A DNA stretch of 64,000 bases. Source: Bacillota bacterium. Lineage in GTDB: Bacteria > Bacillota > Sulfobacillia > JAJYWN01. Location: NCBI GenBank assembly GCA_021791495.1, contig JAJYWN010000034.1:16140-80139 (forward strand), read 5' to 3'. Numbering within the stretch: position 1 is the stretch's first letter; every line of letters begins with the position of its first letter. Shown one piece after another: positions 47,734 to 59,318 of the stretch. The notes below the pieces were generated by a model. The model ran no database searches. It saw nothing but the letters and a program-made list of their open reading frames with translations, and was not told the DNA's origin. The translations under genes were made by a program, and so were the position numbers.

Positions 47734-48863
47734 CGAAGACTTTCCGCCTGGCCATCCTTCCGGGCGACGGCATCGGTCCCGAAGTGACCACCGCCGCCAT
47801 GAAGGCCCTGGAGGCGGCGGCTAAGCGGTTTGACCTGTCCTATCAGGCACAGACCTACCCCTCTGGTGGCGCCGCCATCGATCAGGAGGGCACACCTCTG
47901 TCGGAACGGACTCTGGCGGCCTGCCGCGCGTCCGACGCGGTCCTCATGGGCGCTGTGGGCGGCCCGAAGTGGGACAACGTCCCCTCCCAGATCCGCCCCG
48001 AACGTGGCCTCCTGGGCCTGCGAAAAGAGATGGGCGCCTTTGCCAACCTGCGTCCCGTCCGGCTTCCGCCCCTCCTGGCTGACTTGTCGCCCTTACGCCA
48101 CCAGGCGGTGGGGCGGGGCATCGATATCGTCTTCGTCCGCGAGCTCACCGGCGGCCTGTACTTCGGCCCCAAGCGCCGCATTCCGCCCGAGCCCGGACAC
48201 GACCCCGACGAGCTGGCGGCCGAGGACACCTTGCGCTATTCCGTGGCCGAGATCAAGCGGGTGGCTGAGGTGGCCTTCCGCTTGGCCGCCGCCCGGTCGA
48301 AGAACCTGTGCTCCGTGGACAAGGAAAACGTCCTCTTCTCGTCGCGCCTCTGGCGCGAGATAGTGAACAATATGGCGGCGAACTGGCCTGATGTGAAAGT
48401 CACCCACATGTACGTGGACAACTGTGCCATGCAGCTCGTCCGCGCCCCGGCCCGCTTCGATGTCATCCTCACCGAGAACACTTTTGGCGACATCCTTTCC
48501 GATCTTGGCGGGGCCATCTCCGGTTCTCTCGGCCTGCTCCCCTCGGCCAGCCTGGGCGGGAAAGTGGCGGTGTACGAGCCGGTCCACGGGTCGGCGCCGG
48601 ACATCGCCGGGCGCGGCATCGCGAACCCCATCGGAGCAGTCTTGTCCGTGGCCATGATGCTGCGACACACCTTCGAGAGCGAGGCGGCCGCCCGTGCCGT
48701 GGAGTCGGCCGTCGACCACGTGTTGGCCACCGGCTGCCTGCCTGCCGACCTGGCCAGCTCCATGAGCGACGCGCACAAGAAGGGCAAAGACGCGCCCACG
48801 GTCAAGGTGACGGGCACGGTGGATTTCGGCAAACTCATCGCCGCCGAGGTGGCGAAAGCGTAG
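47730..48863 (+). CDS. leuB: 3-isopropylmalate dehydrogenase
   Basis: GDGIGPEV, FANLRP, RELTGG.YFG, N.FGDILSD, EPVHGSAPDIAG. Confidence 0.97.
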   Translation: MTKTFRLAILPGDGIGPEVTTAAMKALEAAAKRFDLSYQAQTYPSGGAAIDQEGTPLSERTLAACRASDAVLMGAVGGPKWDNVPSQIRPERGLLGLRKEMGAFANLRPVRLPPLLADLSPLRHQAVGRGIDIVFVRELTGGLYFGPKRRIPPEPGHDPDELAAEDTLRYSVAEIKRVAEVAFRLAAARSKNLCSVDKENVLFSSRLWREIVNNMAANWPDVKVTHMYVDNCAMQLVRAPARFDVILTENTFGDILSDLGGAISGSLGLLPSASLGGKVAVYEPVHGSAPDIAGRGIANPIGAVLSVAMMLRHTFESEAAARAVESAVDHVLATGCLPADLASSMSDAHKKGKDAPTVKVTGTVDFGKLIAAEVAKA

Positions 48864-48994
48864 GCCGCACAGCGGCGAAAAAGGATGGCGCGATCGGGTG
48901 GGATGGAGGTTTAGCTGCGACTTCACTGGCTAAGCTTCTGGGGAGAGCTTTGAAAAGAGCTCCTAAAGTCCAAGACAGATAAGGGGCGGTCAGA

Positions 48995-49921
48995 ATGTCG
49001 AGACAGATTTACCTGGATGGGCGGTTCGTACCGAAAGAGGAAGCACGCGTGTCCGTCTTCGACCACGGCTTCCTGTACGGGGATGGAGTTTTCGAAGGGA
49101 TCCGGGCCTACAACGGTCGTGTGTGGAGGCTGGAGGAGCATTTGGTGCGGCTGTACGAGTCGGCCAAATCCATCATGCTTCCCATCCCGATCTCCATGGA
49201 CGAGATGCGGGAGGCCACCTTAGAGACCCTACGCCGGAACAACCTGCGTGACGCCTACATCCGGACGGTCGTTTCGCGCGGCGCCGGCGACCTGGGCCTG
49301 GACCCCCGGAAGTGCCCTAAGCCCACCGTCATCATCATCGCCGACACCATCACCCTGTACCCCGAGGAGTTGTACCGCATAGGGATGAAAGTCGTCACCG
49401 TTCCCACGCGGAAGAACCTCAGTGACGCCCTGAACCCGCGCATCAAGTCGCTGAACTACCTGAACAGCATCCTGGCGAAGCTGGAAGCCAACCACCTGGG
49501 ATACCCGGAAGTCCTCCTGATGAACCAGGAAGGGTACATCACCGAAGGCACTGGCGACAATGTCTTCATCGTCCGCCGTGGCGTTCTCATGACCCCGCCG
49601 AACAACGCGGGAATCCTCGAGGGCATCACGCGCGCCGTTATCCTTGAAGTGGCCAAGGAAGCGGGTATCCCGACGGCCGAGGTTCTCTTCACACGGCACG
49701 ACGTCTGGACGGCCGAAGAGTGCTTCCTCACCGGAACGGCCGCCGAGGCCATCCCCGTGGTCGAGGTGGACGGGCGCACGGTGGGGACTGGAAAACCGGG
49801 TGCCATTACCAAGGCCCTCATCGGCGCTTTCCGGGCCAAGGCCATGTCCGAAGGCACCGAGATCTACCCGGCGGGCGCCGATGCTTCCCGCGTCGCGGGC
49901 GGCGGCGGGTCTCTACACTAA
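48995..49921 (+). CDS. ilvE: Branched-chain amino acid aminotransferase
   Basis: YGDGVFEG.R, KSLNY, EGTGDN.F, LEGITR, FLTGTAAE. Confidence 0.95.
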   Translation: MSRQIYLDGRFVPKEEARVSVFDHGFLYGDGVFEGIRAYNGRVWRLEEHLVRLYESAKSIMLPIPISMDEMREATLETLRRNNLRDAYIRTVVSRGAGDLGLDPRKCPKPTVIIIADTITLYPEELYRIGMKVVTVPTRKNLSDALNPRIKSLNYLNSILAKLEANHLGYPEVLLMNQEGYITEGTGDNVFIVRRGVLMTPPNNAGILEGITRAVILEVAKEAGIPTAEVLFTRHDVWTAEECFLTGTAAEAIPVVEVDGRTVGTGKPGAITKALIGAFRAKAMSEGTEIYPAGADASRVAGGGGSLH

Positions 49922-49992
49922 GGCGCGGCTGGTGGCAACGGATTGTCCGGCATGGCGGCATGCCTGCCGGCGTCATCACCCATTAGGAGGCG

Positions 49993-50745
49993 GTGCGGGT
50001 GAGAAAGATGATAGCCGTATTGGTGGGCGACAGCCCGGGCGTGCTGGCCCGGGTGGCAGGCCTTTTCGCCAGGCGGGGCTATAACATCGACAGCCTGGCT
50101 GTGGGTACCACCGACCGTCCTTCGACTTCCCGCATGACCATCGCCTTCCAAGGGGACGAGACGGTCAAGGAGCAGGTATCCAAACAGCTCTACAAACTCA
50201 TCGATGTGTACAAGGTCAGCGACCTTGACGCCGAGAACTCGGTGGTCCGCGAACTGGCGCTGGTCCGCGTGCACTGCGAACCGGCGCGGCGTCCACAGGT
50301 GGTGCAACTGGCCGACCTTTTCCGGGCCAGGGTCGTGGACGTTTCCAGAAACTCCATGATCATCGAGACCTCGGGGACCCAGGAAAAAGTGGAGGCCCTC
50401 ATCCAACTTCTCCGCGATTTCGGCCTCCAAGAAGTGGTCCGTACCGGCCCCATCGCCCTGGAGCGCGGCATGGCCAAGACTTCGGCCGAGGTGACGCCCT
50501 TGAACAAGGCCGTGGGAGATAACGACCTTGACGCCTACCCGCGGCCCGTGGCCGCCGCTGCTACCGCCGGCGGGGGCGGCGCCGGCGGCGTGTCTGGCGC
50601 GGGGCCATTGCGCCGCGTCGGACCCGTCCGGGGGCTGGCCTCCTCCCAAATCGCGGGAGTTTTCAGCGAAGACATCGCCGTCAATGGCTTGGAATTCTAC
50701 GAAGAACTCAATAGCACTGATGAGGAGGACAGAAAAAGATCATGA
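49993..50745 (+). CDS. ilvN: Acetolactate synthase small subunit with long C-terminal extension
   Basis: [28 protein letters not shown]. Confidence 0.92.
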   Translation: MRVRKMIAVLVGDSPGVLARVAGLFARRGYNIDSLAVGTTDRPSTSRMTIAFQGDETVKEQVSKQLYKLIDVYKVSDLDAENSVVRELALVRVHCEPARRPQVVQLADLFRARVVDVSRNSMIIETSGTQEKVEALIQLLRDFGLQEVVRTGPIALERGMAKTSAEVTPLNKAVGDNDLDAYPRPVAAAATAGGGGAGGVSGAGPLRRVGPVRGLASSQIAGVFSEDIAVNGLEFYEELNSTDEEDRKRS

Positions 50746-51740
50746 CTCATGTCTACTACGAATCGGACGCCGACCTTTCCGTCCTGAAAGGTAAGAAGGT
50801 GGCGGTCATCGGCTTCGGTAGCCAGGGTGGCGGCCAGTCGCAGAACCTGCGGGACAGCGGCGTGGACGTGGTCGTCGGGCTACGCCCGGAGGGGAAGAGC
50901 TGGCAGAAGGCCAAGGAGGCCGGCATGAAGGTAGCCTCCGTCGAGGATGCCGCGGCGGCCGGCGACGTCATCGCCTTCTTGTTCCCGGACCACCTGCACG
51001 CCGACGTCTACAATAAGCAGATCAAGCCCGGCCTGAAGCCCGGCAAGACCATCCTCATGTCCCACGGTTTCTCCATCCTGTATAACCAGGTTGTCCCGCC
51101 GCGCGACGTGGACGTCATCATGGTCGCCCCCAAAGGTCCGGGAGCGCTGGTCCGGCGCATGTACACCGAGGGAGCCGGCGTCCCGGCCCTCATCGCCGTG
51201 GAGCAGGACTACAGCGGTCACGCCAAGGCCACCGGCCTGGCCTACGCCAAGGGCATCGGCGCCTCCCGCGCCGGCGTCATCGAGACCACATTCCGCGAAG
51301 AAACCGAGAGCGACCTCTTCGGCGAGCAGACCGTCCTGTGCGGCGGCGTCAGCGAACTGGTGAAGGCCGGGTTTGACACCTTGGTCGAAGCCGGTTACCA
51401 GCCGGAAATCGCCTACTACGAAGTCTGCAACGAGCTGAAGCTCATCGTCGACCTCATCTTCGAGGGCGGCATGCACCACATGCGCTACTCCGTGTCCGAT
51501 ACCGCCCGCTACGGCGACATCACCCGCGGCAAGGTCATCATCAACCAGGCCGTCCGCGAGAACATGAAGAAGGTGCTCCAGGACATCCAGAACGGCGCCT
51601 TCGCCCGCGAGTGGATCCTGGAGAACCAGGCCAACCGGCCGGGCATGAACTCCCTGCTCTATAAGGAAGAGGCTCATCCCATGGAGAAGGTCGGCGCCCA
51701 GCTGCGGGCCATGATGCCCTGGCTCGGCAAGAAAAAGTAG
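50742..51740 (+). CDS. ilvC: Ketol-acid reductoisomerase
   Basis: [34 protein letters not shown]. Confidence 0.97.
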   Translation: MTHVYYESDADLSVLKGKKVAVIGFGSQGGGQSQNLRDSGVDVVVGLRPEGKSWQKAKEAGMKVASVEDAAAAGDVIAFLFPDHLHADVYNKQIKPGLKPGKTILMSHGFSILYNQVVPPRDVDVIMVAPKGPGALVRRMYTEGAGVPALIAVEQDYSGHAKATGLAYAKGIGASRAGVIETTFREETESDLFGEQTVLCGGVSELVKAGFDTLVEAGYQPEIAYYEVCNELKLIVDLIFEGGMHHMRYSVSDTARYGDITRGKVIINQAVRENMKKVLQDIQNGAFAREWILENQANRPGMNSLLYKEEAHPMEKVGAQLRAMMPWLGKKK

Positions 51741-51828
51741 GACCAGAACGAAACCTTGTGGGCGGCGCCGGTGAGAGACCGCGCCGCCCTAACCTTAGCT
51801 AAACGACACGAATAGGAGCGATACCCCC

Positions 51829-53622
51829 ATGGCTACAGAGCATTCCGCCCAGACCCCCCGGCGGTCGCATTCCATTACCAAGGGCGTGGAGCGGGCCCCG
51901 CACCGGTCCCTCCTGCGCGCCCTCGGTCTCAACGACCGCGAGATGGACTCGCCCTTTATCGGCGTGGTGTCGGCTTTCAACGAGCTGATTCCCGGCCACA
52001 TCCACTTGCCGCAAATCGCCGCGGCGGTGAAGGCGGGCATTCGAATTGCGGGCGGAACGCCCTTTGAGTTCCCGGTGATCGGCGTCTGCGATGGTCTGGC
52101 CATGAACCATGTGGGCATGAAGTACTCCCTGGCCAGCCGCGAACTGATCGCCGACTCCATCGAAGTTATGGCCAAGGGGCACGCTCTGGACGCCCTGGTC
52201 CTGATTCCTAACTGCGACAAGATCGTCCCCGGTATGCTCATGGCCGCCGTCCGCCTGGACATCCCGGCCATCGTCGTCAGCGGCGGCCCCATGCTGGCCG
52301 GCCACTTGAACGGCAAAGCCATCGATGTCACCACCATGTTCGAGGCGGTGGGGGCGGTGAAGGCCGGGAAGATGCACGAAGTCGAGCTGGAGGCGTTGGA
52401 GCTGGCGGCCTGCCCGGGCTGCGGATCATGCAGCGGCATGTACACCGCGAACTCCATGAACTGCCTGTCCGAGGCCATCGGCATGGCCCTCCCCGGCAAC
52501 GGCACCATTCCTGCCGTGGACGCGGCCCGCATCCGGCTGGCCAAGGACACCGGCGTCCGCATCATGGAACTCCTGAAGGAAGGCATCACGCCGCGGAAGA
52601 TCATCACCGATGGCGCCGTCCGTAACGCGCTGGCCATCGACATGGCCCTGGGCTGCTCTTCGAACACGGTGCTCCACCTTTTGGCCATCGCCCGCGAGGC
52701 GGGTGTGCCGATGGACCTCACCTGGGTTGAGAAGGAAAGCGACCGCGTGCCGCAGCTCTGCAAACTGTCGCCGGCCGGTGTCCACCACGTGGAAGACCTA
52801 GACCGCGAGGGCGGCATCCAGGCGGTGGGAGCCGAACTGATCAAGGGCGGGTATCTGGACACCGGCGTGACGACGGTGTGCGGTCACGCCCCCGGCGCCG
52901 GGCGCGTGCGCCGGCCGGTGGGTTCGGGGCTGGGCGACGGCGCGGTACCGGGCCCGGTCATCCGCCCGCTGTCCGATCCCTATTCCGCCACCGGCGGCCT
53001 GGCCATCCTCCGCGGCTCGCTGGCGCCGGAAGGCGCTGTCGTGAAGCAGGGCGGCGTGGCCCCGGAGATGCTGAAGCGGACCGGCACGGCCATCTGCTTC
53101 GACAGCGAGGAGGAAGTCACCGAGGCCATCCTTTCGGGCGAGGTCAAGCCGGGCCACGTGGTGGTCGTCCGGTACGAAGGACCCAAGGGGAGTCCCGGTA
53201 TGCGCGAGATGCTCACCCCGACTTCGGCCGTAATCGGTATGGGGCTGGGGTCCAGTGTGGCCCTGATTACCGATGGTCGGTTCTCGGGGGCCACGCGCGG
53301 CGCGTCCATCGGCCACGTGTGCCCCGAGGCGGCGGAAGGCGGGCCCATCGCCTTGATTGAAGACGGTGATCGAATTAGCATTGATATTCCCGGCCGGAAG
53401 CTGGAGCTCATGGTGGAGCCGGCTATCCTGGCCGAGCGGCGCCAGAAGTGGCTGGCGGCAGGCGGTGGAGCGGCGCGGGCCCACCGTCTGGGAGGCTACC
53501 TCGACCGTTACCAGGCCGCGGTGATGTCGGCGGCCGAAGGCGCACGGGTGGCGACGCCGGAGGAGCTGGCGGCAGCGGCGGTGCAACTCAAGCCTGACAG
53601 CACCGGGGGTGCCGGGAAATGA
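51829..53622 (+). CDS. ilvD: Dihydroxy-acid dehydratase
   Basis: CDG.AM.H.GM.YSL.SR, NCDK..PG, GSC.GMYTAN, TDGRFSG. Confidence 0.97.
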   Translation: MATEHSAQTPRRSHSITKGVERAPHRSLLRALGLNDREMDSPFIGVVSAFNELIPGHIHLPQIAAAVKAGIRIAGGTPFEFPVIGVCDGLAMNHVGMKYSLASRELIADSIEVMAKGHALDALVLIPNCDKIVPGMLMAAVRLDIPAIVVSGGPMLAGHLNGKAIDVTTMFEAVGAVKAGKMHEVELEALELAACPGCGSCSGMYTANSMNCLSEAIGMALPGNGTIPAVDAARIRLAKDTGVRIMELLKEGITPRKIITDGAVRNALAIDMALGCSSNTVLHLLAIAREAGVPMDLTWVEKESDRVPQLCKLSPAGVHHVEDLDREGGIQAVGAELIKGGYLDTGVTTVCGHAPGAGRVRRPVGSGLGDGAVPGPVIRPLSDPYSATGGLAILRGSLAPEGAVVKQGGVAPEMLKRTGTAICFDSEEEVTEAILSGEVKPGHVVVVRYEGPKGSPGMREMLTPTSAVIGMGLGSSVALITDGRFSGATRGASIGHVCPEAAEGGPIALIEDGDRISIDIPGRKLELMVEPAILAERRQKWLAAGGGAARAHRLGGYLDRYQAAVMSAAEGARVATPEELAAAAVQLKPDSTGGAGK

Positions 53623-55391
53623 GGGTCGACGGTGCACGGGCTCTATTGATGAGCCTGCTGGAGGAGAAGGTCGAAGTCGTCTTCGGCTACCCCGGCGGGT
53701 CGGTCATCACCTTGTACGACGTCTTGCCTGAGTTTCCCATCAGGCACGTTCTGGTACGCCACGAGCAGGGTGCGGCCCATGCCGCCGATGCCTACGCCCG
53801 GGTGTCGGGCAAGGTTGGCGTTTGTTTCGCCACCTCCGGCCCCGGCGCCACCAACCTGGTCACAGGCTTGGCCAACGCGATGATGGACTCCATACCCATC
53901 ATCGCCGTCACCGGCCAGGTGGCCGTGGGGTCTCTGGGGACCGACGCCTTCCAGGAAGCCGATCTGACCGGAATCACACTCCCGGTCACCAAGCACAGCT
54001 ACCTGGTGAAGAAGGCTTCGGACATACCAAGGGTAGTCAAAGAGGCTTTCCACATCGCCGCCACGGGTCGGCCGGGGCCGGTCCTGATCGACCTGCCCAA
54101 GGACGTGCAGCTGGCTCAATGCGAGTTTCATTACCCGAAGGCGGTGGACCTCCCCGGCTACAAACCGAACTACGACGCCCACCCCCAGCAACTGCAGCGG
54201 GCGGCGCGGGCCATCGCGGCATCGCCGCGGCCGGTCATTCTGGCGGGGGGCGGGGTCATCGCCTCGGGCGCCTCCGACGTACTGACCGCTCTGGCGCGGA
54301 AAGCGTCCATCCCGGTGGTTCCGACCTTGATGGGTCTGGGCGCGTTTCCCGCGGGAGACCCGCTTTTTCTCGGCATCGCCGGGATGCACGGTTCCTACGT
54401 GGCCAGCCGGGCGTTGCACGAGGCCGACCTGCTCATCGCCGTGGGCACGCGCTTTTCCGACCGGGTGACGGGGCCGCCCAAGGGCTTCGCTCCGCGCGCC
54501 CGCGTTATCCATATCGACATTGACCCCGCCGAAATCGGCAAGAACGTACGTGTGACCCTGCCCATCGTGGCCGATGCGCGCCGGGCCCTTGAACCTCTCC
54601 TGGAGCTGGTGCCCGAGGGCGGGGTGGCGCGACGACCCTGGCTGAAAGAGCTGGATGACTGGAAGGCCGAAGCCGTTCGCCTGGTCGAGAGAAACGTTGC
54701 CCGTGGGCGCCGCGGAGCGGTGACGGGGACGGCCGACCTCGCGGCGGGGGATCGGCCTTCCGGCCAGTCCGCCTTCGAGAAAGCGGCGCGGCGGCGCACC
54801 CTTTCCCCCCTTGAAGTCATGGACCGGCTGGGTGCGTGGACCCGCGATCACGAGGCCATCGTGGTCACCGACGTGGGCCAGCACCAGATGTGGGCCGCGC
54901 AGCGGGTGCCGGTGGACCATCCCCGCGCCTTTGTGACTTCGGGTGGGCTGGGCACCATGGGTTTCGGCCTGCCGGCGGCCCTTGGCGCCAAGGTCGCCCG
55001 TCCCGACAAGCCGGTGGTCCTGGTGACCGGGGACGGCAGCTTCCAAATGCAACTGCAGCAACTGGCCACCATCCGTTCGGAGAACCTCGATGTCAAGGTC
55101 GTCATCTTCAACAACGGCTATCTGGGCATGGTTCGGCAGTGGCAGGACCTGTTCAACGACAAGCGGTACTCGGCGGTGGCCCTGGGCCAGTGGCCGGACT
55201 TCTGCAAGCTTGGGGAGGCCTACGGCCTGCGGGCGGCGCGGGCCACCTCGACGGCCAGCCTGAAGAAATACCTGACGGAGACACTGGAGTGCGAAGGACC
55301 GGCGTTATTGGAGTGCATGGTGGAGCCCGAAGCCAACGTCTTCCCCATCGTGCCGCCGGGGCAAGGGTTCGAGCAGGTCATCTTGTCATAG
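53619..55391 (+). CDS. ilvB: Acetolactate synthase large subunit
   Basis: [44 protein letters not shown]. Confidence 0.97.
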   Translation: MRVDGARALLMSLLEEKVEVVFGYPGGSVITLYDVLPEFPIRHVLVRHEQGAAHAADAYARVSGKVGVCFATSGPGATNLVTGLANAMMDSIPIIAVTGQVAVGSLGTDAFQEADLTGITLPVTKHSYLVKKASDIPRVVKEAFHIAATGRPGPVLIDLPKDVQLAQCEFHYPKAVDLPGYKPNYDAHPQQLQRAARAIAASPRPVILAGGGVIASGASDVLTALARKASIPVVPTLMGLGAFPAGDPLFLGIAGMHGSYVASRALHEADLLIAVGTRFSDRVTGPPKGFAPRARVIHIDIDPAEIGKNVRVTLPIVADARRALEPLLELVPEGGVARRPWLKELDDWKAEAVRLVERNVARGRRGAVTGTADLAAGDRPSGQSAFEKAARRRTLSPLEVMDRLGAWTRDHEAIVVTDVGQHQMWAAQRVPVDHPRAFVTSGGLGTMGFGLPAALGAKVARPDKPVVLVTGDGSFQMQLQQLATIRSENLDVKVVIFNNGYLGMVRQWQDLFNDKRYSAVALGQWPDFCKLGEAYGLRAARATSTASLKKYLTETLECEGPALLECMVEPEANVFPIVPPGQGFEQVILS

Positions 55392-55423
55392 GTGGCTATC
55401 GTGCGGTTGCATTTCCCGCCAGG

Positions 55424-55774
55424 CTACTTGCGACGCGATTTCTTGGCGGTCCGCGTGCGGATGTAGTTCGCCCGCCACGGCCAGAAGACCAGGCCGATGA
55501 CGGCCACCACCACCAGAAGGACCAGGCTCAGCGGCCACGGTCGCCCCAAGGTGATCAGGGCCGAGGGCGTGGGGTTCGGCAGGCCTGGGGCCGGGACGGT
55601 GATGGCCGCCGGCACGTTGCCGCCGGGTTCGCTTAAGAGCCAGGCCGTGCCGAGAACGGCGGAGGTCAGGGCGGCGACCCAGGCTCCCGCCATCGAAAAA
55701 GCTCTCCAGAACCTCCGCGCTCTCCGAAGGCGGGAGGTTCTCTTTCTTTCGGCACGAGACGGCAAAGTGGTCAT
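55424..55774 (-). CDS. Hypothetical membrane protein
   Basis: Two hydrophobic segments flanked by basic tails; fills an intergenic gap. Confidence 0.5.
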   Translation of the reverse strand: MTTLPSRAERKRTSRLRRARRFWRAFSMAGAWVAALTSAVLGTAWLLSEPGGNVPAAITVPAPGLPNPTPSALITLGRPWPLSLVLLVVVAVIGLVFWPWRANYIRTRTAKKSRRK

Positions 55775-55873
55775 AGCAGCACTAGTCTTCCCCGATTGGC
55801 ATAACCGAAACGGCGGCCTGCCGAGGCCGGCGGTTGCGGGCAACCTAGAGGGGAGAGGTGACTTCGAAAAGCC

Positions 55874-56515
55874 ATGACGAACGACTCAAGCCTAAAGGCC
55901 AAGTTCAAGAAGAAACCGGACGCCGATGACTTCGACCCGAAGAAAGACATTGACTGGGAGAGTCTGGCCAAGCAGTTGAAGGTCAAACTGGTATCCTATG
56001 GTGGCGTACACTTCTCCGAGGCGCCCGCGCCGGTGCGTGGGCTTGTCGACAAACTGGCCACCGGGTCGAGGAGTGCGGGCGAACGGGGGAAGTCAGTCGC
56101 GAAAAGCGGGACCGGCACCGAGGGCAACGTCAAGCTCCCGATACGCATTTGGGGTCGCAGTCTGGAAGACGGGTCGATGATTCTGGTCCAGGAGGGCGGC
56201 CAAGTCTGGCTGGACGGGCCCGAGTACGTCAACATCTCCGCGTCCAACCCCCAGAGATTCGCCGAGATCCTGTCGGGCCACTCGGTGAGCGGGCTCACAC
56301 CGGAGGAGAGCGGGGTTTACGACGCGCAGGATCAGTTCTTCCGGCTGAGTAGTGAAGGGGAAGGCATCTTCGGAGGATACGAACTGCTCCCATCCCTTCT
56401 GGAGGCCAGGACGGAAGGATTGGATCTGCGACTCCGGGACGCCACGAAAAAGCCCCTTCCCTGGGTCTTCGGGCCGCCCGCGGGTGAGGGCGTCAAAGGC
56501 CAGGGAAAGAAGTGA
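55874..56515 (+). CDS. Hypothetical protein
   Basis: 213-aa ORF, GAGGTG RBS, typical codon usage. Confidence 0.7.
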   Translation: MTNDSSLKAKFKKKPDADDFDPKKDIDWESLAKQLKVKLVSYGGVHFSEAPAPVRGLVDKLATGSRSAGERGKSVAKSGTGTEGNVKLPIRIWGRSLEDGSMILVQEGGQVWLDGPEYVNISASNPQRFAEILSGHSVSGLTPEESGVYDAQDQFFRLSSEGEGIFGGYELLPSLLEARTEGLDLRLRDATKKPLPWVFGPPAGEGVKGQGKK

Positions 56516-56611
56516 CCCCCCGGTGGCCGGAGCCGTCCGAGGGGTTCACTTTACCGGTTATCGCATCAGTTTCCACCAGCATCTGGCCCGCGGGCACCAG
56601 GCGACCACGCC

Positions 56612-57091
56612 CTAGCCCAGCGTTCGCAGCTCATCCATGACTGTGGCGATTTCGGGCCGGTCGGACGTGCTCTCACCTATGTAGGCATATTTCACCTTGC
56701 CGTCGCGGCCGATGATGAAAGTGGAAGGGCGCGGAATGCGTCGACCCCGGGGTTCGTTCTCGTGGAAGACCCCGTAAGCGAAGACCGAGGTCAGGTCGGG
56801 ATCGGACAGTACCGTGTAATCGAGGTGGTCCGTCTCCACCACCCGGGCCACTTCTTCCATGGGGTCGGGGCAAACGGCGATAACCTGGGCACCAAGGGTG
56901 TCGAAGTCGAAAATGGAGTGTCGCAACTGCGACAACTGTTTCCTTCAGGGGCCTCACCAGTATCCACGATAAAAGACCAGCACCACATGCGTATGCTTCA
57001 GGCTGTCCGCCAGGCTGACCATGTCGCCTTTTCCATCGGGCAGGGCGAAAAGGGGCGCATCGTCCCCAGGTTGGAGCTTGCTTGGCAGCAT
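56612..57091 (-). CDS. Peroxiredoxin-like AhpC/TSA selenoprotein with UxxU motif (159 aa)
   Basis: GGAGGGGG RBS and ATG; G..AP.F.LPD..G..V.L ... VLVFYRGYW-TGA-G-P-TGA-RKQL ... LSDP ... PSTFII..DG.V.Y; SECIS-like hairpin downstream. Confidence 0.88.
56915..56944 (-). promoter_or_regulatory. Candidate bacterial SECIS hairpin
   Basis: UGUCGC-AGUU-GCGACA upper stem with GGA/UCC lower stem; loop begins 16 and 25 nt after the two UGAs. Confidence 0.65.
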
Positions 57092-57248
57092 CTTGTCACC
57101 CCCCTCCGCCCACCAGAATGATAACGCGTGGTAATTCGGCCTTTCGTCCCCTTATCCCTTTCCAGTCTCCTCTTCCCTTTCCAGCGGGCGGCCGGCATAG
57201 AATGAGACATGAACTTGGCGAGGTACGTACGGAGGAGGCCCCCGGTCC

Positions 57249-57956
57249 ATGCCCAACGCGCCCAATATCGTAGACCTACTACTGACCCCCAATTCCACCC
57301 GTCCCGGCGGAAACCGGCCGGGAACGCCCCTTTCTCCCCAAGGGGTGACCGTCCACCGTACGGGTGACCCCGGCGCCACGGCACGGAACATCAGAAACTA
57401 CTTCGACACCATCCGTCCGGGCAACGAGTCCTCGGCCCACTACGTCGTGGACGGGACGGGGGAGATCATCCGGTGCATTCCCGAGACGGAAGTGGCCTGG
57501 CACGCCGGACCCGCGGCGAACCAGCGCGACATCGGGATCGAAACCTGTGAACCGCTCACGGGTGCCGCCTATGAGTCCACTGTCTGGCTGGTGGCCGACA
57601 TCCACAGGCGCATGGGTTGGCAGGCATCCCTGGGTCTCACTATCCGTCCCCACAGTTTCTATAGCCCCACCGATCGACCCGAAGACCCTTTCTCCTGGAT
57701 CAGGTACCAGGCGGGCCAATCGGATTCCGGAGCCCTATACCTCCCGGCACCGTTTCTGGCTACAGTGGAGGCGAGCCTCATGCCTTTCAAGGATGTTCCG
57801 TCCAGCCACTGGGCCGCCGTCGCTATTGAACTGGTGGCAAACAAGGGCCTGATGCAAGGGTACGCCGACGGCACCTTCCGCCCCGACAACCCGATCAGCC
57901 GCGCGGAACTGGCGGTGGTCCTGCAGCGCCTCTTAGTATTGCTGAAACAAGCCTAA
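57249..57956 (+). CDS. N-acetylmuramoyl-L-alanine amidase (Amidase_2) with C-terminal SLH domain
   Basis: TVH.T, SAHY.VD, E.AWHAG, IGIE.C; F.DV...HWA...G...GY.DGTFRP...ISRAE. Confidence 0.9.
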   Translation: MPNAPNIVDLLLTPNSTRPGGNRPGTPLSPQGVTVHRTGDPGATARNIRNYFDTIRPGNESSAHYVVDGTGEIIRCIPETEVAWHAGPAANQRDIGIETCEPLTGAAYESTVWLVADIHRRMGWQASLGLTIRPHSFYSPTDRPEDPFSWIRYQAGQSDSGALYLPAPFLATVEASLMPFKDVPSSHWAAVAIELVANKGLMQGYADGTFRPDNPISRAELAVVLQRLLVLLKQA

Positions 57957-58103
57957 CGAGTTTCCGATATCTGGCTACGTCAGTCCATTCTGCGCTTCAG
58001 TTCATGGCTTTCCACCTGTCAGGTGCACTGCCCCCGCCATATAGGCACCGTGGCAGGATTTGACAATGGCTTCGGCTAATCCTAATCGGGCGTATCCTTC
58101 CCC

Positions 58104-59318
58104 GTGTCCAGTTGGCACCGACTCACGATGGGGGGATGGCTGTTGGCTTTATGGCTGTCACTGCGAAGTGCCCGGAGTAACCTTCCCAAGTTCCTATTTG
58201 CCTCTTTCGGAGTGTGCCTGGCCATCCTGGCCGTGTCCTCGACGGTTGCCGGAATGGCCGCTCTCAGGAGCCAGGGCACGGGCGCCATCCCACAGTTTAT
58301 CGGCGGGGACATCATGGTTCTGGCCTCCAACTTGGAAATGAAGGCCCTCCCAGGCGCGGGGTGGACCTTGAATCCGGCCGCTCTCAGGAGCTTCGACCCT
58401 GCCGTGGTACGGGATCGCGTCGGTCCGGCCACTCTGACCGAGAGCTTGCTTGTCCCGGCTTACGTCCACACCCAGGAGCAGCGGGGTTTCAGTACCTACC
58501 TTTTGGGGCGGTCTGTTACTGGAGGGGTAGGACCGCCATTGCCCATGGTTGACGGTAGATTCCTGCAACCACGGGATTCATCGATGCCGAATGTCGTTCT
58601 GTACTCAGGAAACCAGACCCAGGCGTTGATGAGCCAGTCGCTCCAGGTCAGGGTCGCGGCCCTGGATGGGCCGGATGGGCGAGCCGACCTGGCCGGCGGG
58701 AAGGATGTGCGCCTTCAGGTCGTGGGCCTCTACTGGGCCAAAGCCGTCGGCACGAACTCGCCGGTGATGCCCCTAGACTACCTTCAGCAGGTGGTCGGAA
58801 CTCACTCCGTCCAGTGGATGGGAGTTAAGGTCGACAACTACGCGCAGATTGAGCGGGCCGCTACCGACCTCCGGCGGAAACTGCCCGGCTTCACGGTGTT
58901 GACTTCGGAGGAGGTCCTAGCGGCCATGGACGCCGAGAGCGCCAAAATCCAGCAGGCCGCACTGCCCATCACCTTCATGGCCCTGGCCGTAGCTTGCATC
59001 GCCGTTCTGAACACCTTCCTTCTGATGGTCAGGACACGCAAGAAAGAGATTGCCCTTTTCAAGGTGCTCGGCCTTTCCGCGGCCCAGATCGGCACAATGT
59101 TGCTGGTCGAGGCTGTGGGGGCCACGGTCCTGGCGGGGGTGGCGGGGTTCCTTGTGGGGAGTCTCATGCCGGCCCTGCGAGGGCTGGGATTCGCCTTGCC
59201 GGTGTCTCCGATGTTGCCAATGCTCGTTCTCTTAGTCCTGGTCTCTGGTGCGACTACTGTGGTGCCCGCCTACTGGGCCACCCGGCAATCAGCCATGGAG
59301 GTGATGCGCAATGTCTGA
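58104..59318 (+). CDS. ABC transporter permease (FtsX/MacB-like)
   Basis: N-terminal TM, extracytoplasmic domain, R..EI...K.LG motif. Confidence 0.85.
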   Translation: MSSWHRLTMGGWLLALWLSLRSARSNLPKFLFASFGVCLAILAVSSTVAGMAALRSQGTGAIPQFIGGDIMVLASNLEMKALPGAGWTLNPAALRSFDPAVVRDRVGPATLTESLLVPAYVHTQEQRGFSTYLLGRSVTGGVGPPLPMVDGRFLQPRDSSMPNVVLYSGNQTQALMSQSLQVRVAALDGPDGRADLAGGKDVRLQVVGLYWAKAVGTNSPVMPLDYLQQVVGTHSVQWMGVKVDNYAQIERAATDLRRKLPGFTVLTSEEVLAAMDAESAKIQQAALPITFMALAVACIAVLNTFLLMVRTRKKEIALFKVLGLSAAQIGTMLLVEAVGATVLAGVAGFLVGSLMPALRGLGFALPVSPMLPMLVLLVLVSGATTVVPAYWATRQSAMEVMRNV

